Shown here piece by piece: positions 61,761 through 64,000 of a stretch of DNA of 64,000 nt. The notes beneath the pieces are model-generated. The model searched no databases. It saw only the letters and a list, made by a program, of their open reading frames with translations, and was not told the origin of the DNA. The position numbers and the translations under genes were made by a program. The DNA lies in assembly GCA_013239625.1 (NCBI GenBank), contig MU054001.1, forward strand, positions 6,001,078-6,065,077, written 5' to 3'. The first letter of the stretch is position 1. Every line of letters begins with the position of its first letter. Origin of the DNA: Lama guanicoe (taxonomy: Eukaryota).

Positions 61761-63159
61761 CAATTGATGCTACACTCAAATTAAACTTTGCCTTCAGTTC
61801 CTTCTAAGATTTCTGAACAATATACGCATATGTTATAGAAAGTAAAAGCAAGTTTATGTTCATTTGACTTTGACAGTTGAACATCTTTTACATCCTTTGT
61901 GATTACTGGAGAGAGCTCAGAATTGAGAACCACTGCTTTGGGCTTAAGAAAACCCCACAGATGGGGCTGTCAGGATGCTACACCCTTGAGCTCCCCTTGG
62001 AGAATCCAATGTCTCCATTATAACTCCACATGGTCCCTCCAGCCTGCTGTCTGTGACTGTCATGCCTTGGAGTGTTAAAAGGAGGAGAGTGTGGGCAAAT
62101 TAGAGGATACACAAGGACATGTCTAAGAGTTATCATTCTGATAAAAGAAAATCCAAGATACCATAAAAATTCTATTTCTGAAGATTTATACCCCACTTAA
62201 TGCCATGAGGACTTGAGGTGACTAAAAAAATTTACTCGGAAAGCAAATAGAATTATTGGATTGTGAAATTGAGAGCCATAAAATTTAAAGCAATTTTATA
62301 TGAAACTCCACTATTTTTTGTATTTTAAAGTAAAAGAGTCAGACGATATTAAGTAAGTTTGCATCTCATAAGGCTCGAGGACACAGGGAGGAAGAGTGAG
62401 AGGTTTCCTTTGCTGAACAACGGAAAGGCTTCCCTCACTATCACCGGGAGGTGACTCGGGTTAAACGCCTGCTCTGGGCAGGAGCCTTTGATTGACCCGG
62501 AGTCTTGTCATAAAAGATTTGTCTCCTGGATCTGCACGATCCTCTCTTTTCTCTTTCCCTGCAGAAAATCTGTTATGACTTCTGTGTCTCCTCTATCCTC
62601 TTGGTGAATATGGCACCTGAACTTTACACTTAATCACACCCCGAACAGTATTATTTTCTCATGTTTTCCCCTTTGAGTTAAATTTCTCTTTCCAGTTGAA
62701 GAGTAAACTCTTTTAGTGCAAGAACAACTCTCTGGTGCTTCTCTTGTTTCCCCCGGTCTCCAGAGGCAGCTTAGTGCAGGGATTAAGATTTGAGTTTGAA
62801 TGCTGAGTCTGTGTGATACTGAGTTGCTTACTTTTTCCTTCTGTAAAATAGGGATTCAGAGTGCATGAGGTACTTAACTCAGTGCCTGGCATATATATAT
62901 TCATCACCTAGAAAGCTTTATTTATGATCATTATCCTCTATTGATTGAGAGGACCAGCCTCAGGGCCTGACCCCCTTCTGAGCCCTCTAACCGGTGCCTC
63001 CTAGATACCATTCCTCCCTTTTCAACATCAGGAGCTGAACCCTGTTTCACCATAACGAGGAACACCCACCACCGCAACCACTACAGCTCCTCTCCATCTG
63101 ATTTGAGTGTCTATTATCACCTCATTGAAATGACACTTAGACGAGGCTTTAAAATGTGG

Positions 63160-63345
63160 AGCTGGGGGGGAGGGGAGGGCTGGGTCTAGGCTGGGGTAGC
63201 GTGCTGCCCCATTAACATTCATTCCACAATAGAGACCATTATCTTGCCAGCAAAATACCCCAGCGGTAGTGATGGGAGGAAATGGGGGTGGGTTACCAAA
63301 GCAACAGAGAGGCTTGAGCTGCACTGTTTCTATGGCAACAGAGAG
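63160..63345. promoter_or_regulatory. GC/GA box plus paired RFX X-boxes (candidate promoter or enhancer)
   Basis: GGGGGGGAGGGGAGGGC near 63164-63180; GTTACCAAAGCAAC (63292-63305); GTTTCTATGGCAAC (63326-63339). Confidence 0.5.
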
Positions 63346-64000
63346 CGAGCGAGCAGAGAACTTTCCTGGTTGGACTGATGCTTAGTTAGACTCTCACCAA
63401 CAGTATGGGTGCATCACTGGCTAGACTGAATCGCAAAGGGTGGAGTAGTACGCGGTCTCTCTGAGAAATTTGGCCAGAATTAAGTAGAGATTTTAACTCC
63501 TCAAGCTGGAGCCCAGACTCCTCTCTTAGGAATCGGTATTCTCTCTGGCTATGGACCAATTAATTATCTCCCCAATATCATTGATTCTTATTTATGACCT
63601 GCAATCTCCATGAATGGTCGGCTTGAACAAAATCCATTTACGGAACTCCAACTCATAAGGTACATAAATTAAGCAGTAGACAAGTAAGTGCCCAAGCCAG
63701 TTTTCCCTTTTTCTTCAATTTATCAAAGAAATACACTCACATCATTAAAAAGTCAATTAGTCCTTAAAAGCTTTTAAGAGAAAACAGCAGTCCCCACACG
63801 TAAAACACCCCCTCCCTCAACCCCGTTCCTAGAGGCAACCAATTTTAACAATTTTAACTGTATATCCTTTATTTACCTCCGTATTTCCAAATATTTCCAT
63901 ATTGAGTACAATTCAATAGGAATTGAATACAATTCCCATTAAATAAGGCTCTCTCACACCCTACCTCTCTTCAACTCTACCTTCCAATACAAGTTTATCA

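Noticed and set aside
62540..62610. 39-nt exon candidate 62565-62603
   Set aside because: Good acceptor but weak donor (TTG|GTGAAT); expected by chance in 64 kb.
1..64000. CRISPR array, prokaryotic operon or novel multi-gene system
   Set aside because: No regularly spaced repeat-spacer array, no gene-dense coding structure; the sequence is repeat-rich mammalian non-coding DNA.

Overview
Mammalian non-coding DNA, almost certainly camelid (alpaca or camel), judged from four tRNA-Ala-derived vic-1-type SINE heads and camelid-style young L1 3' ends. I can support no intact protein-coding gene, RNA gene or CRISPR array. The ORF track is chance ORFs plus decayed L1, L2 and FTL frames. The window is dominated by repeats: L1s of several ages, L2, MIR, MaLR/ERVL/ERV1 LTRs and hAT-Charlie MITEs. 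The highlight is a nested insertion hotspot at 10.5-13.7 kb. There an old L1MC-like element holds a twin-primed (5'-inverted) young L1, which itself carries a solo ERV1-type LTR with an intact-looking promoter. The same old L1 also holds a full-length ferritin light chain (FTL) processed pseudogene whose iron-responsive element has a CAGUGU>CACUGU loop change. Candidate regulatory DNA includes an orphan CpG-rich TATA/AP-1 segment (17.6-18.1 kb) and two separate paired RFX X-box modules (21.2 kb and 63.3 kb). A few exon-shaped cassettes may belong to non-coding transcripts. I found no convincing novel multi-gene system. Repeat family names come from recognition by eye and need RepeatMasker/Dfam confirmation.
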